64,000 nt of DNA from Polyangiaceae bacterium (GCA_033763455.1 JANRKO010000023.1:256001-320000); one strand, 5' to 3'. Numbered from the stretch's first letter, positions 47,705-57,307 are shown. Notes: a model not told the origin generated them from the letters alone. Made by a program: numbers and translations.

Positions 47705-50341
47705 TCAGTTCACACAAAGGGCATACTTGTTGTTCACTGAGGCTCCCTGGATACACCAGCCGGTACTATCGGCACCACACGCGGAGCCACCGACCCACGT
47801 CCCGCCCATATTCTGGTACACGCCAAACAAAGGAGGACACGCCGTCGGCGACGCCGCGCAAAGGAATTGGGACAAGCTGTTCATCGGGACACTGCAACCC
47901 ATTTCCGCCGTGGGGGAGCACTGACCATCATTGTACATGCAGCCGCCCGCACCCGTGCAGGGCACCTTGAGGCCAGCAGCTAAGCAAGCAGCCTTGACGT
48001 TTGCGTCCGTCATGGCCCCAAAAACTTGGACCTTGTACCACTCGCGCCCGCCGAACTGAGCGAAGGGCACGTTGTTAGGACACCGACAGACCATGTCGTT
48101 GATTCCCGTGGTTGAGACAGAAATATTTCCGGTATTTCCAATCTTGCAGGGCCCGCCATCGCAAGTGCGACCCGTAATGTTATTTCCCTGGTCAGTACAA
48201 GATCCGTTCTTGTGCATCTTGGGTGCAGAGGCCACGGCAGTTGCGCCGCCGACGTAGCTTTGCGCGGTGCAGCTAGAACCGTAAAAGTGCGAGCAGAAGT
48301 AGGCGGCATCTGCCGCGTCACCTCCGCCGACCGAACAGCCTCCTTGCGTGATGTAATGATTGCTGCTCAAGCCCGCAAACCCATGCCTCGGTCCTGTATC
48401 CCAAGTGCACTGGGAAGAGAGGCACGTAAGGTTGCAAACGTTTCCGCAAGCTGCGCAATTGTTCTTATCATTCGTGAGGTTTACCTCGCAGCCATCGCTC
48501 TTCTTGTTCGCATTGCAATCACCGTAATTCGCCGCGCAGGTTCCGTTGCACACTCCAGCCCCGCATGTGCGCGTAGCCATGTTGCTGTTCGAACACACTG
48601 ATCCGCATCCCCCGCAATTGTCGGGATTGGTTGCCGTATTGATCTCGCAGCCATCGACGCGCTTGTTGCCGTTGCAGTCCGCAGCCGGAGCCGCGCAGGT
48701 ACCGTTGCAATTTCCGCCGCCGCAGGTCCGGGTTGCCATTCCGGTGTTGGAGCAAGCCATCCCGCAGCCGCCGCAGTTATCAGGGTTCGTTGCAATATCG
48801 ATCTCACAACCGTCAGCTTGCTTATTCCCGTTGCAATCCGCCTTTCCGGCCGCACACGTCCCGCTGCACACACCGGCGACACATGTCCGCGTCTGCATGC
48901 CCGCGTTTGAGCAAACAATTCCGCATCCGCCACAATTATTGGGGTCGGTATTCGTATCTATCTCGCATCCATCGGTCTTCTTGTTCGCGTTGCAATCGGC
49001 TTTACCCGCTGCGCACGTGCCGTTACAGGCGTTGGCCGCACAGGTCCGCGTCTGCATCCCCGCATTCGAACAAACCATCCCGCACCCACCGCAGTTATCA
49101 GCGCTGGAGGTAGTATCCAGTTCACACCCGTTCGTGCGCTTATTGTTATCGCAATCGCCGGCCCCTGTGGCGCACGTCCCATTGCATTGGCTGTTCGCGC
49201 AGGTTCGCGTCTGCATGCCGCCTGCCGAGCAAGCCATCCCGCACCCACCGCAATTGTCGGCATTTGTCGTGGTGTCTATCTCGCACCCGTCGGTCAACTT
49301 ATCGTTATTGCAGTCCGCGGTGCCTGAATTGCAGGCGCCGGTGCAAGCTCCGCCTGCGCAAGCGGGCGCGGAAATGTTGTTGCTGGAGCAAGCCGCACCA
49401 CAGCGCCCACAGTTTGCCGTGTCCGTGTGGAGGCTCACCTCGCAGCCATTCGTGCGCTTGTCGCTGTCGCAGTCGCCGAAGCCGGAATCACACGCTCCCA
49501 CGCATTGCCCGCCGTCACAGATGGGCGTAGCAATGTTCATATTTGAACAAACGCGCCCGCAACCACCGCAATTGTTCGGGTCCGTATCGAAGTTTACGCA
49601 AGCGGCCGAACAACACGTGCCCGTGCCGCAGCTCATGCCACACTGTCCACAGTGCGCCGAATCCGAGCTTTTATCGACACACACGTCTCCGCAGCAAATG
49701 GAGTTCGGCCCGTTCGCAGCCGAACAATCCCCATCGTTCTTGCACCCGTCCGCACAGGCAAATGAGTCGTTCACGGCCACGCACTTCTTACCTTGCGGGC
49801 AGTTGTCATTGGTGGGCACGCAGGGCGCGCATTCTTTGCTCGCGGTGTCGCAGCGGGGCTTGTTCGGATCCATGCAATCCGCATCAGAGCCACAATCTGT
49901 ACAAGCGCCCAAATCTACGTTGCAGCTTCCGGTGCTGCACTGTTCGTTGGCGATGCACTCCACACAAAAGCCCTTGGCCACGTTGCAGTACGGAGCTGCG
50001 AGCGAACACGCGGCGCTGGTGGCGCACGGAATATCGGAAATCCCGGTGGGCATCCCTGCCATGCCGCCGTTGCCCGACGCTCCTGCATTGCTAACTCCAC
50101 CTGAACCCGATGCGCCCGAAGCGCCCAACACCGTGCCACCCGTGCCTGGGGCACCCCCGGAATTCCCCAACGCGCCCCCCGTTGTACCTTCCGAACCGCC
50201 GTCACCGGTTCCTCCGCCGACGCTTGCGGATTCACCAAACTGCCTGGATTCAGCAGTACACCCTGGCATCGGCGTTGCCGCCAGCAGCCCAAGGGAGAGA
50301 ACGACACCAATACGGACGGAACGCAAGGTAAGACTTTTCAT
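47705..50341 (-). CDS. large Cys-rich surface lipoprotein with ~53-aa tandem repeats
   Basis: Signal peptide ending PGC, a Gly linker, seven 8-Cys repeats (NCGGCG..C...C...C.G.C....DC....GCE) and two distinct C-terminal Cys-rich domains. Confidence 0.85.
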   Translation of the reverse strand: MKSLTLRSVRIGVVLSLGLLAATPMPGCTAESRQFGESASVGGGTGDGGSEGTTGGALGNSGGAPGTGGTVLGASGASGSGGVSNAGASGNGGMAGMPTGISDIPCATSAACSLAAPYCNVAKGFCVECIANEQCSTGSCNVDLGACTDCGSDADCMDPNKPRCDTASKECAPCVPTNDNCPQGKKCVAVNDSFACADGCKNDGDCSAANGPNSICCGDVCVDKSSDSAHCGQCGMSCGTGTCCSAACVNFDTDPNNCGGCGRVCSNMNIATPICDGGQCVGACDSGFGDCDSDKRTNGCEVSLHTDTANCGRCGAACSSNNISAPACAGGACTGACNSGTADCNNDKLTDGCEIDTTTNADNCGGCGMACSAGGMQTRTCANSQCNGTCATGAGDCDNNKRTNGCELDTTSSADNCGGCGMVCSNAGMQTRTCAANACNGTCAAGKADCNANKKTDGCEIDTNTDPNNCGGCGIVCSNAGMQTRTCVAGVCSGTCAAGKADCNGNKQADGCEIDIATNPDNCGGCGMACSNTGMATRTCGGGNCNGTCAAPAADCNGNKRVDGCEINTATNPDNCGGCGSVCSNSNMATRTCGAGVCNGTCAANYGDCNANKKSDGCEVNLTNDKNNCAACGNVCNLTCLSSQCTWDTGPRHGFAGLSSNHYITQGGCSVGGGDAADAAYFCSHFYGSSCTAQSYVGGATAVASAPKMHKNGSCTDQGNNITGRTCDGGPCKIGNTGNISVSTTGINDMVCRCPNNVPFAQFGGREWYKVQVFGAMTDANVKAACLAAGLKVPCTGAGGCMYNDGQCSPTAEMGCSVPMNSLSQFLCAASPTACPPLFGVYQNMGGTWVGGSACGADSTGWCIQGASVNNKYALCVN

Positions 50342-50633
50342 GAAACAACTAAGTTACGAGACTTCCGCGAGCAGCGTCAAGGGTTTCCCCCTAGGTGATA
50401 GTTGTGATGGTGAGCGCCAGCACAGGAGCCGTCGCTAGCGGCTCAGAGGCCGAACGGAGCCATAGTTCCCAACCCTCCCTGACCCAAGCCCTAACCCGAG
50501 CGTTACGACTTTCCGTAGCGCACCGCGCCCCCAAACCAAACATAGCCGTAAACATGCTCGCCCGCGTGCCCAACCACCCGTGCAAGATCGGACAATTTTC
50601 CCTGTGACAACACCGTGTTAGCCTCATACCGAA

Positions 50634-51257
50634 ATGGGGCTATACGCAGACAGGGTTCTTCCAAGGATGGTGGATTGGGTGTGTGGCGCTCGCTTCTTCA
50701 CCCGGCAGCGTCAAAAGGTTGTCACCCAAGCGCGAGGTGTTGTGCTCGAGGTGGGGATTGGCGGAGGGCGCAACTTGGCACTCTATGATCCCAAGCGGGT
50801 GAGTCGCGTGGTGGCGTTTGACCCGAATGCTGAGCATTTGCACCAAGCCAGGCGGCGGGCCGAAACAGTGGCATTCCCAGTGGAGCTCCGCCAAATGCGG
50901 GGAGAAACCGCAGAAATAGAGCCCGCCAGCATCGATACGGTAGTGGTTACTTACACGCTCTGCACCATTGCGGACGCGGGGGCGGCGCTTCGAGCCGTGC
51001 TTGACGCGTTGAAGCCAGATGGCCAGCTCCTGTTCTGTGAACACAGTATTTCGCCGGATGAGTCCGTTCAAAAGTGGCAAAGAAGAATCGAGCCGTTCTG
51101 GAAGCCGTTAGCCGGTGGGTGTCACCTCACGCGGAGCGCCGCCACCCTGATTCAGAACAACGGCTTTGAGATCGATACGCTGGAGCAAGCCTATGCGCCG
51201 GGGGGCCCGCGCTGGGTTGGGTTCCACCATATTGGAACGGCACACAAGACGAGCTAA
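50634..51257 (+). CDS. class I SAM-dependent methyltransferase (PmtA/METTL7-like)
   Basis: Motifs VLEVGIGGGRN, DTVVVTYTLCTI, LKPDG.LLFCEH and GGCHLTR. Confidence 0.88.
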   Translation: MGLYADRVLPRMVDWVCGARFFTRQRQKVVTQARGVVLEVGIGGGRNLALYDPKRVSRVVAFDPNAEHLHQARRRAETVAFPVELRQMRGETAEIEPASIDTVVVTYTLCTIADAGAALRAVLDALKPDGQLLFCEHSISPDESVQKWQRRIEPFWKPLAGGCHLTRSAATLIQNNGFEIDTLEQAYAPGGPRWVGFHHIGTAHKTS

Positions 51258-51405
51258 GTCCTTGAAAGCCAAAGGGCCTGCCTTGCCTGCTCGAGGCGCA
51301 ATTGAAAACAAGCACCCACCTGCGGTCCGCGCAGTGTCCCAGCGCCGCCATTCACCCAGCCAACCGCGGCATGATTTACTGAGGCCAACTCCTTCGCGCT
51401 CGAAT

Positions 51406-51831
51406 TCACACAGAAAACCAACTGTTGACTCTCAATCCGTCAAACGACTGAAAATCTGCCAAGTTGCGAGTGATGAGAACAAGCCCACACACCACGGCCG
51501 TAGCCGCTATTTGGCCGTCAACAAATGAGGGCACCCGACCGCGTTTCGCGAGCCGCGCACGCTCAAGGGCATGCCAGCGTGCGGCCGAAGCATCGTAAGG
51601 GAGACTCGGGATCTTCCCAACAACATCCACCAGGTAGCTCGTAAGGATGGCCTTTTTTCGAGACACGGGGAGGCGTGCAACCCCGAACTCAAGCTCATGC
51701 AGCACCAGTGCACTGGTAGCACATTCGTCGAGCGACCGCTTCAACATCTCCACGACAGACGCATCCGGCCTGGGACGCATTGGCTCCGAAAGGACATTCG
51801 CATCTAGTAGGTAGCGCAAGGTTGCTACCAA
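51406..51831 (-). CDS. vapC: VapC-family PIN domain toxin
   Basis: Motifs YLLDANVLSE, ELEFG, DGQIAATA and LITRNLADF. The TTG start at 51831 has GGGAGG 8 nt upstream. Confidence 0.9.
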   Translation of the reverse strand: MVATLRYLLDANVLSEPMRPRPDASVVEMLKRSLDECATSALVLHELEFGVARLPVSRKKAILTSYLVDVVGKIPSLPYDASAARWHALERARLAKRGRVPSFVDGQIAATAVVCGLVLITRNLADFQSFDGLRVNSWFSV

Positions 51832-52112
51832 CGGAACTTCCTCCCAGCTGACTGGTCGCGCAGAGCCCTCCAAGGATTCCGGCCTCGCAGCTCACGTGGA
51901 TCGAGGCCGGCCATGAACGATTGAAACGCGGCCGACGGCGACTCGGAAAGGGCGCGGCCCTCCCTGTACTGTCGCAAACCAACGATCATCGCCACCGGCT
52001 GCCCGTCACGAGTAACCTCCACCGCATCGCCGGCTTCGGCACGAGTAAGCACCTTCGCAAAAGCGGCACGCGCCTGCGTCATGGTCATGGTGGTAGGGGA
52101 GCGTTTGGACAT
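51825..52112 (-). CDS. Phd/YefM family antitoxin
   Basis: TMTQARAAFAKVLTRAEAGDAVEVTRDGQPVAMIV; overlaps the toxin start. Confidence 0.88.
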   Translation of the reverse strand: MSKRSPTTMTMTQARAAFAKVLTRAEAGDAVEVTRDGQPVAMIVGLRQYREGRALSESPSAAFQSFMAGLDPRELRGRNPWRALRDQSAGRKFRW

Positions 52113-52130
52113 CTGTACATCGACTGTACA
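52106..52130. promoter_or_regulatory. TGTACA-box operator of TA pair 2
   Basis: TGTACA at 52114-52119 and 52125-52130, plus TGGACA at 52106-52111, abutting the start codon. TGTACA is the known YefM/Axe operator core. Confidence 0.65.
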
Positions 52131-52217
52131 GCCTGGATTGGGCATGCGCAATTAAGGGTCCCCGCGCGAGCTTCGGGTGCGTTTCGTTGATGTTTGGAGA
52201 GAGCACCCTCCGATTCG

Positions 52218-52248
52218 GCAAGAGATACTTGCCATGCTAAGTACCTCT
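52218..52248. repeat. palindrome family copy 3
   Basis: GCAAGAGATACTTGCCATGCTAAGTACCTCT. Confidence 0.7.
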
Positions 52249-52366
52249 ACCGCGGCTCAAAGTGCCTCTGCCCCCCCTTGAGATCCCGCCTCTGCTCACG
52301 CGCACGGGAGGACCCATCAAGAGAGCGCCTTGCCTTGAACCCCCACGCCCTGCCATGCCTTGGTCC

Positions 52367-53110
52367 ATGACGCCGCCGAAGAAAGCCATTGTCCTTCAAC
52401 ATGCCCCGCATGAGGGTCCGGGTCGAGTTCAGGGAGCGCTCGAACGCGCGGGCTTTAGCGTCGAAGTGAGGCAACTTTTTGCTAACTCCCGAGTGCCGTA
52501 TCCGGAAGACTTCGATTTGCTCGTGGTAATGGGAGGGCCGATGGGTGTGGGAGATGTGGAAGATCCCAGCTATCCGTTTTTGAAGCCTGAAGTGCTTCTG
52601 CTGAAGGAGTGTCTATCGCAGCAAAAGCCCGTGCTGGGCATTTGCCTCGGCGCGCAGCTCTTAGCGCATGCTGCGGGGGCACGTGTGTTTGCGATGTCTA
52701 CAGAAGAGGAGCGGCGGCCGATCCGCGAGGTGGGTTGGGGAGCGGTACACCTTGTGGCAAACGGGGCGAGCGCAACAATCTTCGAAGGCTCTCACGCGGC
52801 AGAAGTGGTCTTGCATTGGCACGGAGATACCTTCGAGCTCCCTGAAGGTGCAGAGCTTCTGGCCTCCAGCCTCACGTGTGAACACCAGATGTTTCGCCTC
52901 GGGAACACCTTCGGCTTGCAGTTTCACATTGAGGTGGATTCAGAAGACGTGGAACGGTGGCTCGACGAAGACGCTGAGTACGTAAAAGGTGCGCTGGGCC
53001 CGTCGGGCGCGGCGCGCATTCGCCGCGACACGGAACGTTTCATGCCCGCATTCCGAACGTTCGGCGATCGTTGGCTCGACGCTATCATTGGGGAGCTCTC
53101 GGCGTGTTAG
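52367..53110 (+). CDS. type 1 glutamine amidotransferase (GMP synthase-like, stand-alone)
   Basis: Motifs LQHAPHEGPG, MGGPM, GICLGAQL, HWHGD and QFHIE (Cys-His-Glu triad). The start is approximate. Confidence 0.88.
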   Translation: MTPPKKAIVLQHAPHEGPGRVQGALERAGFSVEVRQLFANSRVPYPEDFDLLVVMGGPMGVGDVEDPSYPFLKPEVLLLKECLSQQKPVLGICLGAQLLAHAAGARVFAMSTEEERRPIREVGWGAVHLVANGASATIFEGSHAAEVVLHWHGDTFELPEGAELLASSLTCEHQMFRLGNTFGLQFHIEVDSEDVERWLDEDAEYVKGALGPSGAARIRRDTERFMPAFRTFGDRWLDAIIGELSAC

Positions 53111-53239
53111 TGAGGCAGGGTTGCCCGTTGCAGGTGCCCGCCCATCCTTCGTGCCCACGCTGCACCTGGCCGTAGGTTGCGGCCCCAAAATCCATTGCTG
53201 GCCATAACGGTGCCGGCGAAGGATCTTTCAGGGCGCCCC

Positions 53240-53294
53240 CTATTTCTACTATTTTCGAAATAGCCCTTGCGCTCTTATTCGAGAATATTAGAAT
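53240..53294. promoter_or_regulatory. putative ArsR operators
   Basis: AT-rich inverted repeats CTATTTC-N10-GAAATAG (53240-53263) and ATTC-N10-GAAT (53277-53294) immediately upstream of arsR. Confidence 0.55.
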
Positions 53295-53301
53295 TAGGAA
53301 A

Positions 53302-53613
53302 GTGAGCTCGATACTGGAAAAACACGCGGAACAGCTGAGTGCCTTAGGGCACCCAGTGCGGCTACAAATCCTACGGCTTGTGGTCCAGGCCGGAAAGCAG
53401 GGGGCTGCGGCGGGAGAGATCCAAAGCCAGCTTGATTTGCCGGCGTCCACGCTGAGCCACCACTTAAAACGCCTGGTAGAGGCGGGCCTCCTCGCTACGC
53501 GCGGAGAAGGCACTTTCCACTACTACGCGGCTGTCTACAGCGAGCTGCGCGCCCTCACAGATTACCTCTGGCAAGATTGTTGCCAGCGTGGGGGCAAAGG
53601 AGTTTGTTGTTAG
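53302..53613 (+). CDS. arsR: ArsR/SmtB family repressor with C-terminal Cys pairs
   Basis: Motifs ALGHPVRLQIL, STLSHHLK.L..AGL and C-terminal DCC...VCC; first gene of the ars operon. Confidence 0.88.
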   Translation: MSSILEKHAEQLSALGHPVRLQILRLVVQAGKQGAAAGEIQSQLDLPASTLSHHLKRLVEAGLLATRGEGTFHYYAAVYSELRALTDYLWQDCCQRGGKGVCC

Positions 53614-53655
53614 TTTGAGAGAAGAACGGCTCAATTTCCAACAGGAGAAACCAAA

Positions 53656-54117
53656 ATGAACATGTTAAAACCTCACATTTCCCTAAATATCTCGAACATT
53701 GATGCTTCTGTGGCCTTTTACGAAAAAGCGTTCGGCGTTCCGGCCACCAAGCGCAGGCCTGGCTATGCCAAGTTCGACTTAGCGGCGCCATCACTCAACC
53801 TCACGATGCAGGAAGCCCCGCGTACGGGGGTTAACGCTAGCCATTTTGGCATTCAAGTGGAAAGCAGCGAAGATGTGGCCGCTGCCTGGACGCGCTTTAA
53901 GGAGGCTGGGCTTCGCACGTTGACCGAGGAAAACACCGAGTGCTGCTACGCACTTCAGGATAAAGTTTGGGTGGAAGATCCGGACGGGAATGCCTGGGAG
54001 GTGTTCGTGGTCAAAGCAGATGTTGACTCGTTGGCGAGCAAGCCAGTTGCGAGCGGTTGCTGCACGCCGAAGCTCCAGCAAATTGGGACCAAGAAAGCCG
54101 ATGCCTGCTGCGGTTGA
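53656..54117 (+). CDS. arsI: ArsI/CadI family VOC metalloenzyme (C-As lyase-like)
   Basis: AGGAG RBS; motifs PHISLN, KRRPGYAKF, SHFGIQV and ECCYALQDKVWVEDPDGNAWEVF. Confidence 0.85.
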   Translation: MNMLKPHISLNISNIDASVAFYEKAFGVPATKRRPGYAKFDLAAPSLNLTMQEAPRTGVNASHFGIQVESSEDVAAAWTRFKEAGLRTLTEENTECCYALQDKVWVEDPDGNAWEVFVVKADVDSLASKPVASGCCTPKLQQIGTKKADACCG

Positions 54118-54817
54118 TCTCGGAAGAAGAGCGGCGGCAGAGTTCATCTCAAGTGCCCTCTTGCTCGCCACGGTTGTGGGCTCCGGCATCATGGGCGAAC
54201 GGCTCTCGGGGGGGAATGTTGCTGTGGCATTGTTGGCTAACACTTTAGCCACAGGCGCCGTGCTCGTGGCCCTCATCTTGTGTTTCGGACCAATCTCGGG
54301 AGCCCATATGAACCCCGCGGTATCCTTAGTGGAAGCAAGCCGCGGCCAGCTTCCCGTGCGAGCGCTGCCTGTGTACCTAGGCGCACAGGTGCTCGGAGCC
54401 TTCGCGGGTGTGGCGGCAGCACACGGCATGTTTGAGGAACCACTTTTCACGGCTTCCACGCACGCTCGCGCTGGCAGTGCGCAGCTGTTCAGCGAATTTG
54501 TGGCTACTTTCGGCTTACTCTCGGTCATCTTTGGCTGCGTCAGGCATCGCCCAAGCTGGGTACCCCTCGCTGTTGGCTCTTACATTACAGCCGCTTATTG
54601 GTTCACCGCATCGACCTCCTTCGCAAACCCGGCGGTCACGCTGGCACGCTCCTTCACCAATACTTTCTCAGGAATTCGCCCAAGCGATGCGCCCGGTTTC
54701 ATCTTAGCCCAGCTTGTGGGTGCGGCCACAGCAAGTGCTTTTTTTGGCTGGCTCTTGCCAAAAGAGGCTCATTCAACACCCGCGACGGCTCCAAAACAGG
54801 ACGGAACACACCCTTGA
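54101..54817 (+). CDS. MIP family aquaglyceroporin (AqpS-like, ars operon)
   Basis: Two NPA boxes (SGAHMNPAV, STSFANPAV) and VVGSGIMGERLS. Confidence 0.9.
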   Translation: MPAAVDLGRRAAAEFISSALLLATVVGSGIMGERLSGGNVAVALLANTLATGAVLVALILCFGPISGAHMNPAVSLVEASRGQLPVRALPVYLGAQVLGAFAGVAAAHGMFEEPLFTASTHARAGSAQLFSEFVATFGLLSVIFGCVRHRPSWVPLAVGSYITAAYWFTASTSFANPAVTLARSFTNTFSGIRPSDAPGFILAQLVGAATASAFFGWLLPKEAHSTPATAPKQDGTHP

Positions 54818-55218
54818 AAACAATCCTTTTTGCATGCATCCACAACGCCGGTCGCTCCCAGATGGCAGCGGCTTGGTTCAATCATCTGGCGCCCAAGGAG
54901 CAAGGCTCCGCCATCTCCGCTGGTACTCGCCCGGGGCCGCGCGTGCATCCAGAGGTGCATGCCGCCATGTTGGAGGTTGGGATCGACCTTTCGGGCGTAA
55001 CACCTGAGCTTCTCACCCCGGAGTTGGCGGCTAAGGCTAGCCTATTGGTTACTATGGGTTGCGGAGAGGAGTGTCCTGTGGTGCCCGGTCTTGGACGCGA
55101 GGACTGGCCATTCAATGATCCCAAAGGTCGGCCAATCGAGGAGGTACGGTTGATCCGCGATGGGATCCGAGCTCGCGTGGAGGAATTGTTAGCGCGACTC
55201 CATACGATCCCCGGCTAG
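54814..55218 (+). CDS. arsC: arsenate reductase, LMW-PTP fold
   Basis: P-loop CIHNAGRS, SAGT, TMGCGEECP and DW...DPKG. The TTG overlaps the aquaporin TGA. Confidence 0.88.
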   Translation: MKTILFACIHNAGRSQMAAAWFNHLAPKEQGSAISAGTRPGPRVHPEVHAAMLEVGIDLSGVTPELLTPELAAKASLLVTMGCGEECPVVPGLGREDWPFNDPKGRPIEEVRLIRDGIRARVEELLARLHTIPG

Positions 55219-55322
55219 GGGTCCGATAACGCAAGTGCTAAAAGGCTGATTGGCGGAGCGCACTTCCCTCAACAGCCGGGACGAACTCAAGCTGAACTGC
55301 TGTGGCCTCGCGTGCGCTGCGC

Positions 55323-56042
55323 TCAGTTGGCGTACTTCACACCGCAACCGTACGGCGCGGTGTCCGCAAGCTTGGGATCTCTGCCCGATCTTGCTGCCAA
55401 AAGCGCTTCTTTTACGTAATTCACGAGCTTCCCGCCTTCGGCGGATTTGCCCTCGCCGTCTGAGGAATTATCCACTGCCCCGCGGTAAACCAACTCACCA
55501 CTTGGAGCCACCACGAACACCTGCGGGGTGCGCCGCGCTCCATAGAGGCGCCCTACCTTTCCATTTTCGTCCAGCAAGATGGGATGTGAAAGCGTGAGTT
55601 GGGCGCGCGCGACACGGTTGAGTTCTGTGCCATGGCCTTGCCTGCCCGGGCCGCTTGAATTGATCGCCACCCAAACGACGCCCTCTTTCACAGCCAGAAG
55701 CGCTGTGTCTGACAAGGAACCTTGCGCGTGGGAGCGAGTAACGAACGGACACTCGGGATTGAACCATTCAAGCACCACCGTTTTGCCGAGGTGTTGAGAA
55801 AGGGTAAAAGATTGCCCGTCGAGATCGCTCAGCGTGAAGTCAGGGGCTCGAACCCCGAGCTTTGCCTGCGGGGGAGGCGGCCCAGGCAGCGGAGCTCGCG
55901 TCACGCGTACAGGCTTCGGCTTAGCGTCATGCGGAGCCGCAATATCTGCCGACGGAGCGGACCCAACCTGCGCATCGCAAGCCGCGACCAGAAGCGCGCA
56001 AAGAGCGGCAGCAATCAGCATTGGCCTCACCTGCGAACTCAC
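55323..56042 (-). CDS. thioredoxin-like/redoxin (AhpC-TSA) lipoprotein
   Basis: Lipobox VAAC; motifs APDFTL.D.DG, VLEWFNPECPFV, YGARRTP, YRGAVD and PYGC.VKY. Confidence 0.85.
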   Translation of the reverse strand: MSSQVRPMLIAAALCALLVAACDAQVGSAPSADIAAPHDAKPKPVRVTRAPLPGPPPPQAKLGVRAPDFTLSDLDGQSFTLSQHLGKTVVLEWFNPECPFVTRSHAQGSLSDTALLAVKEGVVWVAINSSGPGRQGHGTELNRVARAQLTLSHPILLDENGKVGRLYGARRTPQVFVVAPSGELVYRGAVDNSSDGEGKSAEGGKLVNYVKEALLAARSGRDPKLADTAPYGCGVKYAN

Positions 56043-56097
56043 TGGGCGGCCACCCTAGCCCACCTAAAAGCTCTACGCCAACTCGACGCGCCGCTGC

Positions 56098-56144
56098 GTT
56101 CCGATGCGTTCCGGTGTTCCGATGCGTTCCGGTGTTCCGATGCG
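56098..56144. repeat. 18-bp tandem repeat, ~2.6 copies
   Basis: GTTCCGATGCGTTCCGGT twice plus GTTCCGATGCG, with degenerate continuation to ~56172. Confidence 0.8.
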
Positions 56145-56196
56145 CCCGATAGGCCCGGTGCGTTCCGATGCGTGTTCGAGAGGTACCTTCGCCCCC

Positions 56197-56223
56197 GCAA
56201 GAGATACTTGTCATGCGAAGCAC
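56197..56223. repeat. palindrome family copy 4 (degenerate)
   Basis: GCAAGAGATACTTGTCATGCGAAGCAC; 24 of 27 positions match copy 3. Confidence 0.6.
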
Positions 56224-56333
56224 TTTTCTCGCCACGTGGGAGGGGCTTAGTGCCTGACACCATCCCACCACTCCAAAGAACTGATCTTGGTGGATGCTTT
56301 CGACACCTGTTCGGACCGCCCCGACGCGAGCCT

Positions 56334-57305
56334 TCAGGCCCCAGTTTCGAGATAAGCGAGTTCACTCTCGGAAAGTGAAAGATTCACCGCTCGAACGCTG
56401 GAAGCCACCTCCGCTGAGCTGACGGCTCCGCACACGGCAAAACAGCTGAACTTCTGATTGACTACGTACGCCAGGGCGAGCTCTGGCACCGCACATTCCT
56501 TCTTCTTCGCTAGATCCACTAGGCGCTCGAGGCGCTGGAAGTTCGTTTCCGAAGCGTAGGTGCGCGCGCAGTGCTCGGGGAACTCCGACTTGATGGCTTC
56601 GAAATTGTCACGCCGAATGCGCCCGGAGAGAAACCCGCTCGCAAGGCTCGACCACGCGAACACCGCAACACCGCTGACCTCGTGCCACCGCCGGTCCTCA
56701 GCACTTTTCGACCCAGCCAGCGACGTGCACCCGCCCCAGGGCGGCGCGATTTGCTCCGCCAAACTGAAGTGCGGGCTGCTCGCAACCATCGGAGCGAGGC
56801 CGTGCCGTTCAGCATAGGCTCTCGCCTCCTGGATGCGGGGTACGGACCAATTCGAGCCCCCGTACGCGCGGAGCTTGCCCGCCCTCTTTAGGCGATCCGC
56901 CTGTTCCACGAGGGGGCCTACAGGTTGGCTGGGATCATCACGGTGGAACAGCCAGAGATCCACGTAGCTCGTTTTCAGGCGCACTAGGGATTCTTCGAGA
57001 TCGCTCTGCATGGCTTCTGGTGTTACGCGTGCGCTCGGCGAGGTGGGATGGCAGCCCTTGGTTATCACCACAGATTTCTCGCGATTGCCACGCGCCTGCA
57101 TCCAGGATCCCAACACCCGCTCACACTGCCCACCACCGTAGACGTACGCATTGTCGAAGGCATTCACCCCGAGCTCCGCGGCGGCATCTAGCAAGGCCAT
57201 GCCACCCTCCAAGTTGGCCTCACTCAACATCATGCAGCCCTGCACGAGGCGAGAGACGGGCAGAGAAATGCCGGGAATACTGGTAGTTGGCATGCGTGCT
57301 TTCAT
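56334..57305 (-). CDS. aldo/keto reductase
   Basis: Motifs FDNAYVYG, ITKG, SLVRLKTSYVDLWLFHRD, GGSNW and AWSSLASG. The start is approximate (57311, 57305 or 57293). Confidence 0.9.
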   Translation of the reverse strand: MKARMPTTSIPGISLPVSRLVQGCMMLSEANLEGGMALLDAAAELGVNAFDNAYVYGGGQCERVLGSWMQARGNREKSVVITKGCHPTSPSARVTPEAMQSDLEESLVRLKTSYVDLWLFHRDDPSQPVGPLVEQADRLKRAGKLRAYGGSNWSVPRIQEARAYAERHGLAPMVASSPHFSLAEQIAPPWGGCTSLAGSKSAEDRRWHEVSGVAVFAWSSLASGFLSGRIRRDNFEAIKSEFPEHCARTYASETNFQRLERLVDLAKKKECAVPELALAYVVNQKFSCFAVCGAVSSAEVASSVRAVNLSLSESELAYLETGA

Positions 57306-57307
57306 TG

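Noticed and set aside
48546..50438. 630-aa plus-strand ORF
   Set aside because: Antisense shadow of the Cys/Gly-rich repeat gene; its Gln/His/Pro pattern mirrors Cys/Gly codons.
56098..56172. CRISPR array
   Set aside because: The repeats are contiguous with no unique spacers, and there are no cas genes.
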